From Haplodiscus bocki (taxonomy: Eukaryota), in NCBI GenBank assembly GCA_965655095.1, contig OZ296648.1, positions 5,394,001 to 5,458,000 on the forward strand: a stretch of DNA of 64,000 nucleotides, given 5' to 3'. The notes beneath the pieces were generated by a model. The model was not told the origin of the DNA and ran no database searches. It worked only from the letters and a program-made list of their open reading frames with translations. The position numbers and the translations under genes were made by a program. Shown here piece after piece: positions 35,327-48,330 of the stretch (positions are counted from its first letter, which is position 1; each line of letters begins with the position of its first letter).

Positions 35327-36839
35327 CTAAGTGCCATGAGAAATTATTCCGGAATTTCTTTAGTCAGTTTTCAAGTCATTTGCAATTTTCAGGACTTTAA
35401 TTTGTTACTGAATTTAGGTTAGATGAGATTTCAAAACAAAGTTTCTGTTTTCTGACGTAAATTGGATGACAGAAGTTGATTTCGGTGAAAACTAAAGGCA
35501 GGCGGGAAAAACTGCAAGGGGCAAAGTATTTTCTACTCGGCTCACTCTATTGGTTGCTTGTTGTTCCTGGAGATGATTCGAGCTTTTCCATTGTAAGTTA
35601 CACGTTGGTCTATTGATTGCGCAAACTTTTTGTTGATTTTGATGAAAAAGCGTTGTCAAGTAACCGATGGTATAGCGCAAGTTTTACCATGGGCGAGTTG
35701 CCATTGGCTCCTCAGATGGCGTGCTAAAAAGTTAATTAGTGTCTGAAATCAATTTCACCTCAAAAATTGTGGATACTTTTCCAAAACTTTATAATTTTAG
35801 CGCTATAGACTTGCATAAAATCCATTGAGTGGAATAGATATCACAAACAGCACTTCTTTTAGCGAGATGTTTTTTTTGGCTGAAGTTCTAAAAACCCCTA
35901 TGTTTTTGAGTGTATTCAAGATGTTGGTAGTATTGTATTGTGTCGTTTTGCGGTGAGTGTCAGTTTCATCGGAATTCATCCTTCTGCTCGGTCTTATTTT
36001 TCAGATTGTTCTATTGTTGCCATTCAGCAAATGGTTCAATTAGTTTATTGTGCTTGGATGATTTCCTATGTAATTCATTCAAAATAAACTTCATAAAGGA
36101 TACTATGGTTTAGTAGTAGGGCCTTTAGTTCACGTTTTTCATGGCAGTTTTTGAAGAATGATGGATAATGGTGTTATTATCTACTTTCAGAATGTTACCT
36201 TCTCCTGGATGAAAAACCGATAATGCTCAAAAAAATGCTGCGATTGCTAATCAGTGCGGCTGTCGTTCTTTCGATGAAAACCAATGAACTCAAAAAATCC
36301 TTACGACAGGCAGTATAGCCGGTTCTCGTGGCATTGATCGAAACTGACGAAGATAAAATAGTCGTTACTTCGCTATGATTTGTTCACACCACTCGAATAT
36401 TCACCGATAAAAACTGTAACAAACAATAATCTGTTTTGTTGCTTTTTGCACACTAGTGCAAGTTCTTTTTTGAACCTAGACGAGTTTATGTTATTTAGAA
36501 TAGAAAAATGGGTTTAAAATATCAAGCTGATATTTTCCGGAGAAAGTGTAATCAGGCCCTTTGTTTTTGTCTGTCTCGTAGGCAGATGTTGTGGCGTTTA
36601 ATTTTGCGGTCTGAATTTATTGGGGTCGTTTATGTGGCTTATATTGTACGCGAGCCTTTATTGCAATTTGTAATATTAGCAGAATCGTTCTAGCACTCCG
36701 ATGCTCGACGGATAGAGACACCTATGTACACTCAGCAAAGCCATGTAGATAGAACATTTGGTTGATCAAACAATACATTATCTCTTTCATACTAGAAAGT
36801 AATAGTACAAAGTTGCACCTATACTTTCAGCAGTTTCTG

Positions 36840-37120
36840 GCTACAGTGGTAGCTGGAAAATAGTTTCTACCAACAACAACCCATTCCATATCACCCTCAC
36901 TTTTATTTTCCTTCTTTTTTCTACATTTTTACCGCAATTTCCCCGATTTCACGGCAATATGGATAAACTGATCCCTGCTCCTATGCATTTTGATAAAAAT
37001 GAGGAGCAAACTGAGGGAAAATAGGAACAGATTTAAGGTGATCGAGGGAAACAAGGCAAAGAGCAGGAGTTCGGTCGGGTTGTTGAAGGAAAACACTGTT
37101 TTCTAGGCTACTGGTAGGCC
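36840..37120. mobile_element. Old foldback/MITE-like element
   Basis: Degenerate inverted ends CTACAGTGGTAGCTGGAAAATAGTTT..CAACAACCC and GGGTTGTTG..AAACACTGTTTTCTAGGCTACTGGTAG. The left arm is pyrimidine-rich and the right arm purine-rich. Confidence 0.4.
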
Positions 37121-37599
37121 AAAACTAGGACCGAAGAGAAGTAATTTACTCCTTATCCATGTCCACTCAAGGTCACAGCAAGTTTTGTGCTCACTATCCA
37201 CGCGCACCCAATGTCAATTTCAACTAATACAAAACAATTGTCCTTAAATTCAAATATATTATCGTATAAATTTCCAATTAAAAAACTTTATGCAGGTGTG
37301 CTAAATTATTAATCAAAAAAGTATACAATGTGAGTAAAAACCTCACTATCCATATTGGCGGCTCTCTGAGCCGCCAAGCTGCCTGTGGCAATGAACACAC
37401 TACTTCATCCAAAAGTAAAAAAATATTATACTTATATGTCAGAACTTTTATAAGATAAAAAAGATTTTATTGATCTATTGATTCCAGAGAACTTTTCGGA
37501 AACTGTAGAATAATAACTCGATACACAGAAAACAGTTGTGAAACGCAATGATTATTCTATCGAGTTTGGATTTTTTATATATGGTTTATTTTGATATAA

Positions 37600-38290
37600 A
37601 AAGTGATAGAGGACAAAGACACATTTTGATAGTGAGTGAGAATTTCAGCGAATATGGATAAGGAATATCATGAAAATGATTCTTCTCAGACTGTTACAAA
37701 CGAATTTATCAACACCTTTTCTAATTCCAATCATGAACCATGTCTACTTGAAACAGATGATCGAGAAAATCTTTCGAACAAACTTTTTATAGAGATCCTC
37801 AAAAAACAAGAAATTTATAAAACTAGCCTAAGCAACCTGAAAGGGCAGTCATTCCCTTAAGCTATAACATAACACTTTGCAATCATCTTAACAAACCAGT
37901 TTTTTTTCAAAAAGGAAATGCAAATTAAAAACTAAATACCAAAAGTACTTCAATAGAATTTTACCAGTATCTAGTCGTCAACAATAATGACACCAATAAA
38001 AGCCCCAATAAAATCAAATGAAAATGGAATATACAATATTGTTGGAGGCAAACGTAAAAGAAGACAACCAAAAGTTATTGTAGGTGATTTATTGAAGACA
38101 ATTATTTTATGTGAATACGTTTCCAAAGCAGACACTACAAATTGGGGTTATAATAAATGTACAAGTACAAAAAAAATTATAGATAATACCATTCCCAGCT
38201 AAGTTTCAGAATTTTTTCGTAAAAGAGACAACGAAGCGTCATTGAAGAAGCCGATTCTAACAAATGAGAAGTTGACAACGTAATTGAAAA
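37600..38290 (+). pseudogene. Polinton-type integrase (rve) pseudogene
   Basis: SQTVTNEF..LLETDDRENL.NKLF.EILKKQEI and MTPIKA..KRKRRQPKVIVGDLLK..SKADTTNWGY..IIDNTIPS match the pattern of Polinton integrase core and C-terminus. Confidence 0.75.
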
Positions 38291-39849
38291 ACTGAAATTT
38301 TTTGAATAGCGAAAAGTTGCCTTTGGTAACATTAAATCGATTAGATTTGTACTAAATAAAGATCAATGAAAGAAACTTCCGTTTTTTTTGTTTGTGATAG
38401 TGAATACGGACGACTAAAACTTTACCAACATTCAAAATCAAATAAACACCTACTTTAACGGGTTTAATATTTTGGTAAAATTTGTACAAGAGTTGCAAGA
38501 GATAGAAAAGTCAAATTGTCTTTGTCCGTTCCACTATTTGAAAAACTTCGTTTATAGATTAATAGAATGAGCAGGAGAAAAATTTTTGAAAACGGCAATC
38601 AAAACATATAAATTATAAATTGTGTACAAATGCATTTCCATCTCTTCCAGAATTCTCAGTCCTAAAATCTTCCTGTTATATATAAGGTTGTAAGACTTTA
38701 TCTTTAGTGAAAAAGTCTAAAACATGAAACGATGACAATATAAGCTTTAGAGTTTTTATCTTGAAGAAATTCACAACTTAAACCATCTTCGGGAATTTTT
38801 TTCTGTAAGAATAGTACAATGGGGTTCTAAGGAAGGTACCATTATAACGTTGATTTTTTTTTCAACCATTCTCTGTGCCGAAATCCTATCATTATACAAA
38901 CAGTAACAATAACGCCATTGCCTAATCAAATCAAAAACCATTTCTTTTAACATTCACATTTTCTGCACCAACAGATCTTTCAATATATCTCAATTCAATT
39001 AACGTTTTCGGAAATATTATATGTACTCGGCCTTGCATTATCTCGTATACCCGGTATATATTGTGGTAGACACCAACTAATATCTTTTACATCAATTTTG
39101 CTTCAGCACCACCTCCAGAGTTAAAGACATCACAATCAATACTTCTTTTTGAATATAAGTTTTTTTTTGCCAATCCAATTTACCAGTTTCAAGATGCTCT
39201 GCGAATCCAAAAACGTCTTTTGAAAAATTCCTAGCATGGAATTTTCCTCTGACTGATTTATTCATCAATTCTTCCTTTCTCTGATCATGAACTCGATCTA
39301 GACCATTTTTCTCTCTTTTACTTGTTGTAATCACGTTGTACAGTAAACAAATTATATCAGCATGATCAAAATTTTCTAGATGTTCTCCGCTAACAGTGGT
39401 AAATTTGAATTCAGAGAAAGAGCAACCGGTCCTAGAAAAGTATTTCTTACAATAGTTCCAAGTGGAAGTTCAGCAACATTTGCTTGAGTTAGATCAAAAA
39501 TCATTTCAAGACACTTATCGCGAAAAAAAACCCACCTTCCCAATGAATCTCAATAAGAACTTGGGGAAAGAATTGATGAAGAGTGCGTATTGAAGGAGAC
39601 GCAGAGCGAATGTAATCACATATATGAACTGTTCACTTTTCATGGCATGTCTTTTCATCTTAAACATTCATTCGATATAAATTTCAAAAAGTATTTGTAT
39701 TGACTTTTGGTTAAGCATTTGTTTTGTGAAATTTCAACAATTATAGAAACAGTTGCATTATCACTTATTTTTGTGTCTTTTCCAATTTGTTTTTCTAGTT
39801 CTATTAAAATTAATTTATCAACTATAATATCTGGTTTCTCTGAAAGCTA

Positions 39850-42800
39850 CGTCACAAGCAGTGAAGCTGACAATCTAGACATTGAAAACACTGATATGTT
39901 TTGCGCAATCTGGTCTATATTAGCAAAAAAGATTCCCACAACAACAAATTGAAAGAGTACATCTAGTTATCAACAACGCTTCCAAAAAAACATATAAGTT
40001 GTATTGATTTCAGTAATCGGTTGATAATTGACGATATTCCAAAGTTAGAATCAACGAATGTTTAAATCCTAATCTATTTGAAATAAATATTAGGGTTAAA
40101 GATGATTCAAGCATAGCTTCTAAGTTCTTACCAATATTTATTTGGGATAGTGAAAGGGAACCAATAGACTTTTTGTGTTATGAGAATCTTCATTGTTTAA
40201 TTTAAAAAATGCATAGATTCATAGTAGATCATAAAAAGACACATATTTGAAGAAAGTGTTTAGGTTACTTTCATGATGAGTGTAAACTTTTAAAACATCA
40301 ACTAATTTGTCTGCCAAAGGAACCCTGTATAGTGAAAGTTCCTAGAGAAGACTGGGTAATATTTAAACCAAAAAAATATATAAAGGCTCTGTACCTTTTA
40401 GAAACTTGCGAATTTGAGTGTTTTAACGCTAGACTTGATTTAAGCGAAGGTTCACTGACTCAAAAAATTTATCACCCGAACCCTGTTGCTCCCGGTTATT
40501 ATATTATATTTGACTTACCTAGGGTGTTAAAACCAGCTTATATTGAATATTTTGGATCATGTAGTGTTGAATGGTTTGTTACTGAAACGATAAAACTGGA
40601 ATATAAAATGGAATATCACTTCAAAAACACATATATAGCTCTGAATACGTCAGAAGGGACGAGGAAAAATTCATTTAAACCAATGCGTGTTGGTTATGTA
40701 ATCAACCTTTCACACAACCAGTCTCAACTGCAGACACTAAAGAACAGAGATCATTGTAATCCAAGTGGTATATATCGGAATGTGGCTCTTAACCCATGTA
40801 GTATCAATGCAAAACAGCCAAAACTGTACCAGTGATTTTTCATCACCTAAATGGGTTTGATAGTCAATTATTTTTCACAGAATTGGTTGCAAGGATTAAT
40901 CCAAAAGTTCAGCTAAAGATATATCAAATAACAACTGAGAATTTTATATCCAATACTAACGGTTGTTTAAGTTTAATAATTCGGGTAGATTTTTGAATGT
41001 AAATATAAATGTTTCATCAAGCAGTCTAAAACGGGACGATTTATTTATAACAAAAAAATAGGGGCTCTTTAGAAGTTTTGTTGCAAAAATATGTCATTTC
41101 CTTATGAGTACTTCAATTGGAATAAAGATTACTATAAACCAAAAGAATTTCTTAACAAAGAACGATTCAAAAACATTTTTTAATCATCTGAGTCAGAAGG
41201 AGTTCAAAGGACGTTTGAGATCATTAAGGAATATAACATAAAGGATGGAAAAGAATAATTATTGTTATGTTTAAAATCGGAAGCGCGTTTCCGAAGTGGT
41301 GTTTTTGAAATATTCATCAGAGTCTCAATTGAGGAGTAGAAATTAGTCCGTTGTACCTTGTGAGTTTACCTGGGTTTACATGGCAATGTGCTTTGAAATA
41401 TAATGGAAGTAAATTACAGAAAACAAAAGATCAAGACCCATTTTTAACGAAAGAAAAAGATACAGGTGGGGGTATTTCAGGAGTAATGGTTGATATATTC
41501 GTAGAAAGCACTGAAAATAGAAATAGTTTTCATATAGGTGCCAACAATTTATATAGATAGGCTATGAGTCAACCTGTGCCATACAAAAATATTCTTTTTA
41601 ATAGGTTATTTGATTTAAAAGAAGTATTGGAAACTGATGATTATGCAGATTTTGGATTTTTTCGAGAAGTTTTTTTGCCTTATCCATTTGAAATCAGAGA
41701 AAAAGCAAAACGTTTCCCTCCTTGTCCACTAAACAGAAAAGCAAGTAAAAATGATTTCTTTGAGTACCTGACTTCCAATAAACCAAAAAAAACTATAGAC
41801 CTCATGATCAACTAACATGTCTTTGGACTGATCAGGAGAGTAGTTTGTACATTTTATAGAGACATAATTTTTTTGCTGAGAATGGGTATGAAAATTATAA
41901 AGATGCACGGCGTGGTCATTTCGACGAAAAACCATAGTTGGCTCCATACTTTGGCCTAAAAAGAAAAAAGAGAGCTTCAACAACAGCTCTATTGAAAAAA
42001 AAATTCTGTATATTAATAAAAAAAGCTTTCTTTGGAAAAACAGTGGAGAATGTTCGCAATAAAATTCGAGTAAAATTTATAAGTGATAAAGAAGTACATT
42101 TATTGTTCAAATGGCAAAGTAAAATAGATTTCGATGATATAAAATCATACGACGGTTTAATGTTTATAACTTTGAGATAAAGATGTATGGTTCAATAAAC
42201 CAATTTATTCAGGACATAATATTTTAGAATTGTCCAAACAATTCATGCATGAAACCTTTATTGACACATTGCAAACTTTTTTTTAGCAAGAAGACATAAA
42301 ATTAGGTTATATGGATTGTGTCTCATTTGTAATGAGTTTAAAAGCGATGATCTTGATCTTTTAAAAGATTTGATTAAGTTGCAAGAAGAAAAGGATTTGT
42401 TTTGTTTTTAATGGAATTGCCAAAGATCATTCCTTATATTGTAATAAGAATACAATTGTAATTGGTAAATTTCAAAATTTAGACTCCTGATACAATATGC
42501 CTATACAAATTTTGCGCATAGATATCAAAAGCAAATGGTTGTAAAAAAACAAATGGAAAAGAAAAGAAAACGTATAAAGGTAAAACCAGCAGGGTAACAA
42601 AAAAATTAAATTTTGTTGAATATTTAAAATACGTGAATTGGGTTCTATAAAATGGTGAAAATGATTAAATGAAAAAGTTGGTAATTACGTTTTTTGAAAT
42701 GAAAATAGTGAACTGTATTTGCAAAAAGTTAACAGACTTGCATTGAATGAATTTGATGTCAAAAAAAGCTAGAAATAATCAAAAGCGAACCGTGGTCCTT
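39850..42800 (+). pseudogene. Protein-primed family B DNA polymerase pseudogene
   Basis: Motifs FCAIWSILA, CEFECFN, RDHCN.SG.YR (endonuclease-VII-like insert), IFHHLNGFDS, SLPGFTWQCALKY, GGISGVM, GANNLY..MSQPVPY, K..FFGKTVENVRN, NKPIYSG..ILELSK and YMDCVSF occur in canonical order. Confidence 0.9.
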
Positions 42801-44099
42801 AATTGTCTTGAAAGTATGGATGTTGCTGACTCTGTGAGTCAAGCTGGCTCTGCGATTGAATTATTGGTATGCTCTGTTTGCAGAACATACTTTTCAAAAG
42901 TTGTTGTTTTTTTAACATGCAGGTTTCGAATACAGTTGGTTTTTAAATATTTCATTGGGTGAGAAGCACCCAAAAAGCAATCAATCACCACATGAAACCC
43001 ATTGATTGAAACTACAGAAGAGTGGATTTCTTCTATTAATTGCTGTGTTAAGAATTGTCGGGTTTTCAATTAATATTTCAAAAAACTTTAGACATGTAAT
43101 TTCGGTATACGTAAATTTCAAGAATAAGAATTAAAGTTGTATGATGGGTTGACATTTTTTAAATTGTTATTTTCATGAGTTCCTTGAAATTGTTTTCGTA
43201 TACATCAATTTTTTTATTGCAACATCTCAGCTTGGATTATGAATAGTTCAAAATCGTTCTGAAATTGGGAAAGAAAATATTTCGCCAGATGACTTTTGTT
43301 CGAATGTTGTATCAAATTCACAACTAAACCCAAATATGTGAAAAAAAATTATGTTGACGACCTTTATTAACATTTATAAGTACATTATCTATCAGAGCAA
43401 CTACTGGAGTATCAATTTCGTAATTTTTTAACAATGAAGGCAAGTCGTTTTCTGCGCTCATGAAAATTAAAATCGTTGTGTGTCCAGTTCCACTAAATTC
43501 ATTCTTGGTTTTATCGCATAAAGTGCATTACCACGTTCTTTGAATATTTATGCTTGGCATTTATGCTATAAAAAAAATTAATTTGTTTTCATTATTCCTT
43601 CTATGTATATGCATATGCGCATGCAGCTGAACAAACTGTGGTATTAGCTTGCATGTGCAGTAATTTTTATCAATTTTATGTTTGCTTTGCACACTGTAGG
43701 TGTACCCTGCATTTTCATATAAATGTGGAATAAAATATACGAGAGCTCATGCATGCATGTTTCCTCTATAATTCGCATGTACACTTCGTGTACTGTCAGC
43801 TTCGCTGCCTTAACGAACGTCGTTGCCTAATCCTACTACGGTGTAGAAAAACTGGTATGTCAAAGAAATCTGCTGTTTAATTCAATCCTATGTACCATCC
43901 TTGATATAGTATAATTTTGCGTAGTTTGCTCAATTTGCGTGGTTTGCTCTGCTTTCCCGTGTAACCCCATTGATACAATTGTGCGTTGTGCACTTTATTG
44001 GGTGGTTAAAGTATTTTATATGGTTATCCCAGAGTGCTTCTACCATCGTGTCCATTAGCATAGTGCATTTTCGTACCGCAAAAGCTAAACTCAGATTGC

Positions 44100-44720
44100 T
44101 CTTTTGAACACTCTACAATCCATCACGATTTCCAACTTTCTCACCTTACATGCTACATTGTTTTTCCATACAATTCAGTACTCATATCTTTCGGTAAAGG
44201 TTTTTGGAACTCAGTATACTCAATTGCTTTGTTTTCAGTCTTTTTCGCTTTTTTCTTTCTTACCCATGAATTTTGTTCAAACTTTGTGATTCTTTCTATC
44301 TTTGTAACTACCATACCAAGTCTGACAAAATTTTTTTAATATTATATACTGAAAAAAGTAACGTTTTTTGCCTTTCCATTAACAAATCAATTTTGACAGG
44401 TCCGTTATTACGATGCATTGTTTTTGATGTAGAGGCCGAGAATGATGATACATCTACTTTTCTACATACTGGAGGAACAAAAAACTTTTGTTTTTTGTTC
44501 TATATTATCTGGATTTTTTAAATCTACGTCTACAAAACAACCAATTTCACCATCATTTTCTTTGGGAGATAAATTGATCAAATTCAAAATCCGCACAAGG
44601 TAAAGGATTTGTCATAAGTATTACATTCAAATTACTAGCATCACTATGTGAAGTTTCTCTTTTTCAATCACTTTCAACATAATTAGTTCAGTTAACACCC
44701 GACACCTCCCTTGGAATCCG
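44100..44720 (-). pseudogene. Second PolB fragment, opposite orientation
   Basis: Reverse strand reads GGVG.., DASNLNVILMTNPLPCADFEF, NPDNIEQKTK, VRLGMVVTKIERITKFEQNSW and LYGKTM*HVR. Confidence 0.7.
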
Positions 44721-45354
44721 CTTTCAACTGGAAAGTTTTATTAATTTAACAAGTATCAAACAAAAGGTATTTGAGATTGACGTTGGAAAAAAATTTGAAA
44801 GCCAAGCATTCATTGACCTTTATGGAATTGAAGAAAGAAAAAAGATATAGCCACAATCCACCAAGAGGTGCGGTTTTCGCTGAAAGATATAAAAAGAATG
44901 AATGAAGTTTATATACTAACAAAACCGTTACTGAAAAAACAAGTATTGTTAACTGAGTAGATGGAAAAAGTTTACCAGCCAAAAGACATTTAAAAAAATA
45001 GTAATATTCAAATAAAGTAACACCAATCTAAGCGTCCTTCAAAAGAAGTAATTAGTTTTTTTAAGAAATTCACTAGACAAGAGAAAGGAGCAAAGAAAAT
45101 CGAAATGTAAACTAAGATGTTTAGTTAGGACAATACAGAGAAAAATTATTTCCGGGAGTGATACAAAATACTAGATATTGAGCTAAGTACAATTATAGAA
45201 AATATTACGAAAACAAAACCAACTTATTCCTAAAGAAATACATAAGATATAGAACGAAGCATTGCTAAAGGAAACAGAACTACTGAAGAAAAAAAGTAGA
45301 AAAACAAAGAAAGAACTGAATAAACTCGGGTAGCTAACTGTTGTCTTCGGCATT

Positions 45355-45745
45355 TTTTATATTGAGTCAAACTGTCTTTGCCCATCAATAACTTTTGATA
45401 ATGCTTCGGTAGTAAGAAAGAGAGCACACTCATTCTACTTCGTCTCAGCTGGAACAGCTGGTCTCATATCAAATATTACTTCTGTAGGTTGAGGAGAGGA
45501 AGAAAATTGTTGATGACGTGTATCAAAAACTTGTATTTCATAACCAGGATCTACAAAAAAAATTTTAACATCTTTCAATTTAAAAAATGGTTGAACACTT
45601 TTATCTTTAGCTACTTTTCTAAAACATGAGACAATTCTTCCAAATGCTTGATGAAAAATATCATTAGCAAAATCAAGCTTTGTCCCTCCATCGGCTTTTT
45701 TTTCTCTTCCAATAATTTATTGAGAACTTGTTACAATTGTTTTGT
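45355..45745 (-). pseudogene. Putative Polinton major-capsid-like C-terminal fragment
   Basis: QAFGRIVSCFRKVAKDKSVQPF..DPGYEIQVFDTRHQQ..QPTEVIFDMRPAVPA..DGQRQFDSI; assignment rests on recalled similarity and context only. Confidence 0.4.
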
Positions 45746-47779
45746 AGAATGAATCCTTTTTGAAGTTTGTAGTTTTATTTGACCTCATTGCACGATATCT
45801 ATTATAAACAAAAATGTTTCATCAATTCCTTTTTCTACTCCGAATTCGGAACTCCAAATTTTTTTCAGAATTCACCTCCTTCGTAAAAATTGATCTATTT
45901 ATTACAAGATAAAAATTCTGCGGCTCTAGAGACAAGGTCCTCTAACATTTCTTTCATCTGGAAATTGTTAGAAGTATTTGTGGTACACCCCGGCTAATAT
46001 CATTCCTAACAAAGATTTCTGCTCTAGCACCATTTTCAGCATCAATTCCCGCGACAAGGCATAAAAAGTTAATATCAGTATCTCTTTGCAGTGTTGTTTT
46101 ATATCATAATGTTTAGGTAGCATTTTCTTGGTGCTCAAGAAAACCAAAAACGTTCATTAAAAAATGTATTTCGACTATATCCCTATTATGTTATATGTTT
46201 TTGTCAATTTCTGTGCAGGTGTTTGTAAACTTGTACGAAAACAAAAAGACAAGGCATCACTTTCTTTGATTTTTGCTTCTCATTTGTACATCAAGCATAC
46301 AATAGGAAGAAAAGCAATTTCTCTATTTCACTTTCAGTACGACTAGTCAATTAATTCTTACTAAATAAAGCAAAGGACTCAAGTTCACTAATCTTATACG
46401 ACATCATTTATACATCAATCACAAGCACCAGTTTCAAGAGTCAATGTAAATTTTAGTTCAATTTATTTAATTTTACTAAGAAAACACTATTTTTTCTTCG
46501 TTTTACAATTTAAATGTGAGCATTTTCTCCAATGTGAAGATTCAGCATTTGGGGAGTTTAAGAATATAGAATCACATTTAAGAATAGGTGTCCCCACAAT
46601 CATTTGTGTGCTAACTCAAACAATCATAAGGCATTAAAAAACATAATTTTTTGTGTTGAAATCGAGTAATACATTTGTCTGCTGAAAACTATTAACTATT
46701 GGAAAAATTTCATCATCAAATTCTCCCCTGTCAGTTCCAGCTTGCCTTCCTTATGTTTTCAAACCTAATCTGTTGCATATTTCACCTGGACGCTCTAAGA
46801 TTAAAGTTAATCAACTCAGGCCATCGCAGCTATTATCACAATGACTAAAAATAATTAACAATCTCATCATCGTTCGAGACGCTAACGTGACTCTCCGAGT
46901 CACTCTCTTCACCTATACTGGAGGATCTGACCCAACTCTCCGAGGAGCCACTTTCATTGTGAAAGCGTGTATTCGAGCTACTTGAAGGACCATTTCAATG
47001 GTCCTGTTTTCAGCAACATTGCATTCATTACCTGCTAGAGTGATTCATTCTAAATAAAAAAAAGGCTTAGCAGTTTCTCTTCTATCATTTGCTCTGTTTT
47101 TTTTATTGAGGTAGCAATTAATTTGAACTAAAAAATATTTGAAAGTTTCAGCTTGTTTTTTTCCGTTAAACAGCTTTTTTTCGTCAAACTTTCCATCTGT
47201 CATTTTCAAATGATCGTCTTACAAATCAAAAGATTCAGTTTTTTCACCCATAACGTCTTGAAAAATATTACTATCTCACTCATTTTACTTGAAGAAATAT
47301 TAATTAGAAATAGATATGTTTCATAGTTTATATCTGGCTTTTAAGGATCTTGCTTTAATGCAAACTGACTGGTATCAAAAGCCTTTGCATTTTTACACAA
47401 CTTACTAAGTATGCTTGGTTCTTCTGCACTTTTTTCTTAGTTTTGACGTCTTTTTAGGACATTCTCGTGCGTCAGCTAAAACATTAGTCTTTTTAGAAAA
47501 ATATGCGTTATTACCTTCAATTTCTGTAGTTGTAGTTTTACTTTCGTCTTGTAAATTTTTGCTATTTTGTTTGATAGTTTTTGGTAATTGGTTCAAACGA
47601 TTCTTCTGCATCATAACAAAAAACATGTCTACCAAAAATTTCTTGTAAAGGTACACGCTTCACTTTTGATTGTTACTCTGCTAATTCATCCAATTCTCTT
47701 AAAGCATCTTAAATTTCAACTGAAAAAATCATTTTTCCAATCTCTTGACAACGATTCGTTTCTGATCTAGCCTGTCTAT

Positions 47780-48330
47780 ATCTTTCTTTCCTTTCCTTGC
47801 AAAAAAATAATCAACAACACCTCATTTTGGATCTGTCAAAAGAAAGATAATTGAATTCTTCCTCTTTCCATTCTTCCCCGCAAAGATAACCAAAATCGTC
47901 CTAACTGATATCAATTCCAGCATTAACTCTAAATCAATTTGCACATACTTCCCATATCGGCAAATGAACGTAACATACAAATTTGTTGGAGTAAAAATTC
48001 TATGTTAAGTTTTTTACTGTTTCCTCGTTCACTAAATCAGAAAAGAATTGGATTGAATAGTTTATATCTAAGTCTTTATGAAGTCCTTTTTGGGAAAATC
48101 GATCAAATTTGCTCTTTAAGATGTGACACCTCACCAAATAGGACAATACCTTTTTTTTATTCTTCGTAAACTAAAACTTCTTTTGTTGCTTCAATGCCTT
48201 CATATTTGTCAGGAGATCTGGTTAGTATGAATAAAACTCTATCAATTACGTTTTTCTTTTTGTTCAAAAAATGTAAAGTTTCCCAGAAAAGAATGATCTG
48301 CACCTAATTTTATCCTTTTATTTACAGGTT
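47780..48330 (-). pseudogene. A32/FtsK-like DNA-packaging ATPase pseudogene (Polinton), copy 1
   Basis: Degenerate Walker A (SFFSGKLY), ILTRSPDKY, Walker-B-like GIVLFGE, DRFSQKGLHKDLDINYSIQ (RGRH-like arginine motif) and AGIDIS*DDFGYLCGEEWKEEEFNYL. Confidence 0.6.

Noticed and set aside
43600-44100. ATGCAT-rich segment as a Polinton terminal inverted repeat
   Set aside because: No matching partner repeat or (AG)n/(AGT)n terminus was found in the window.
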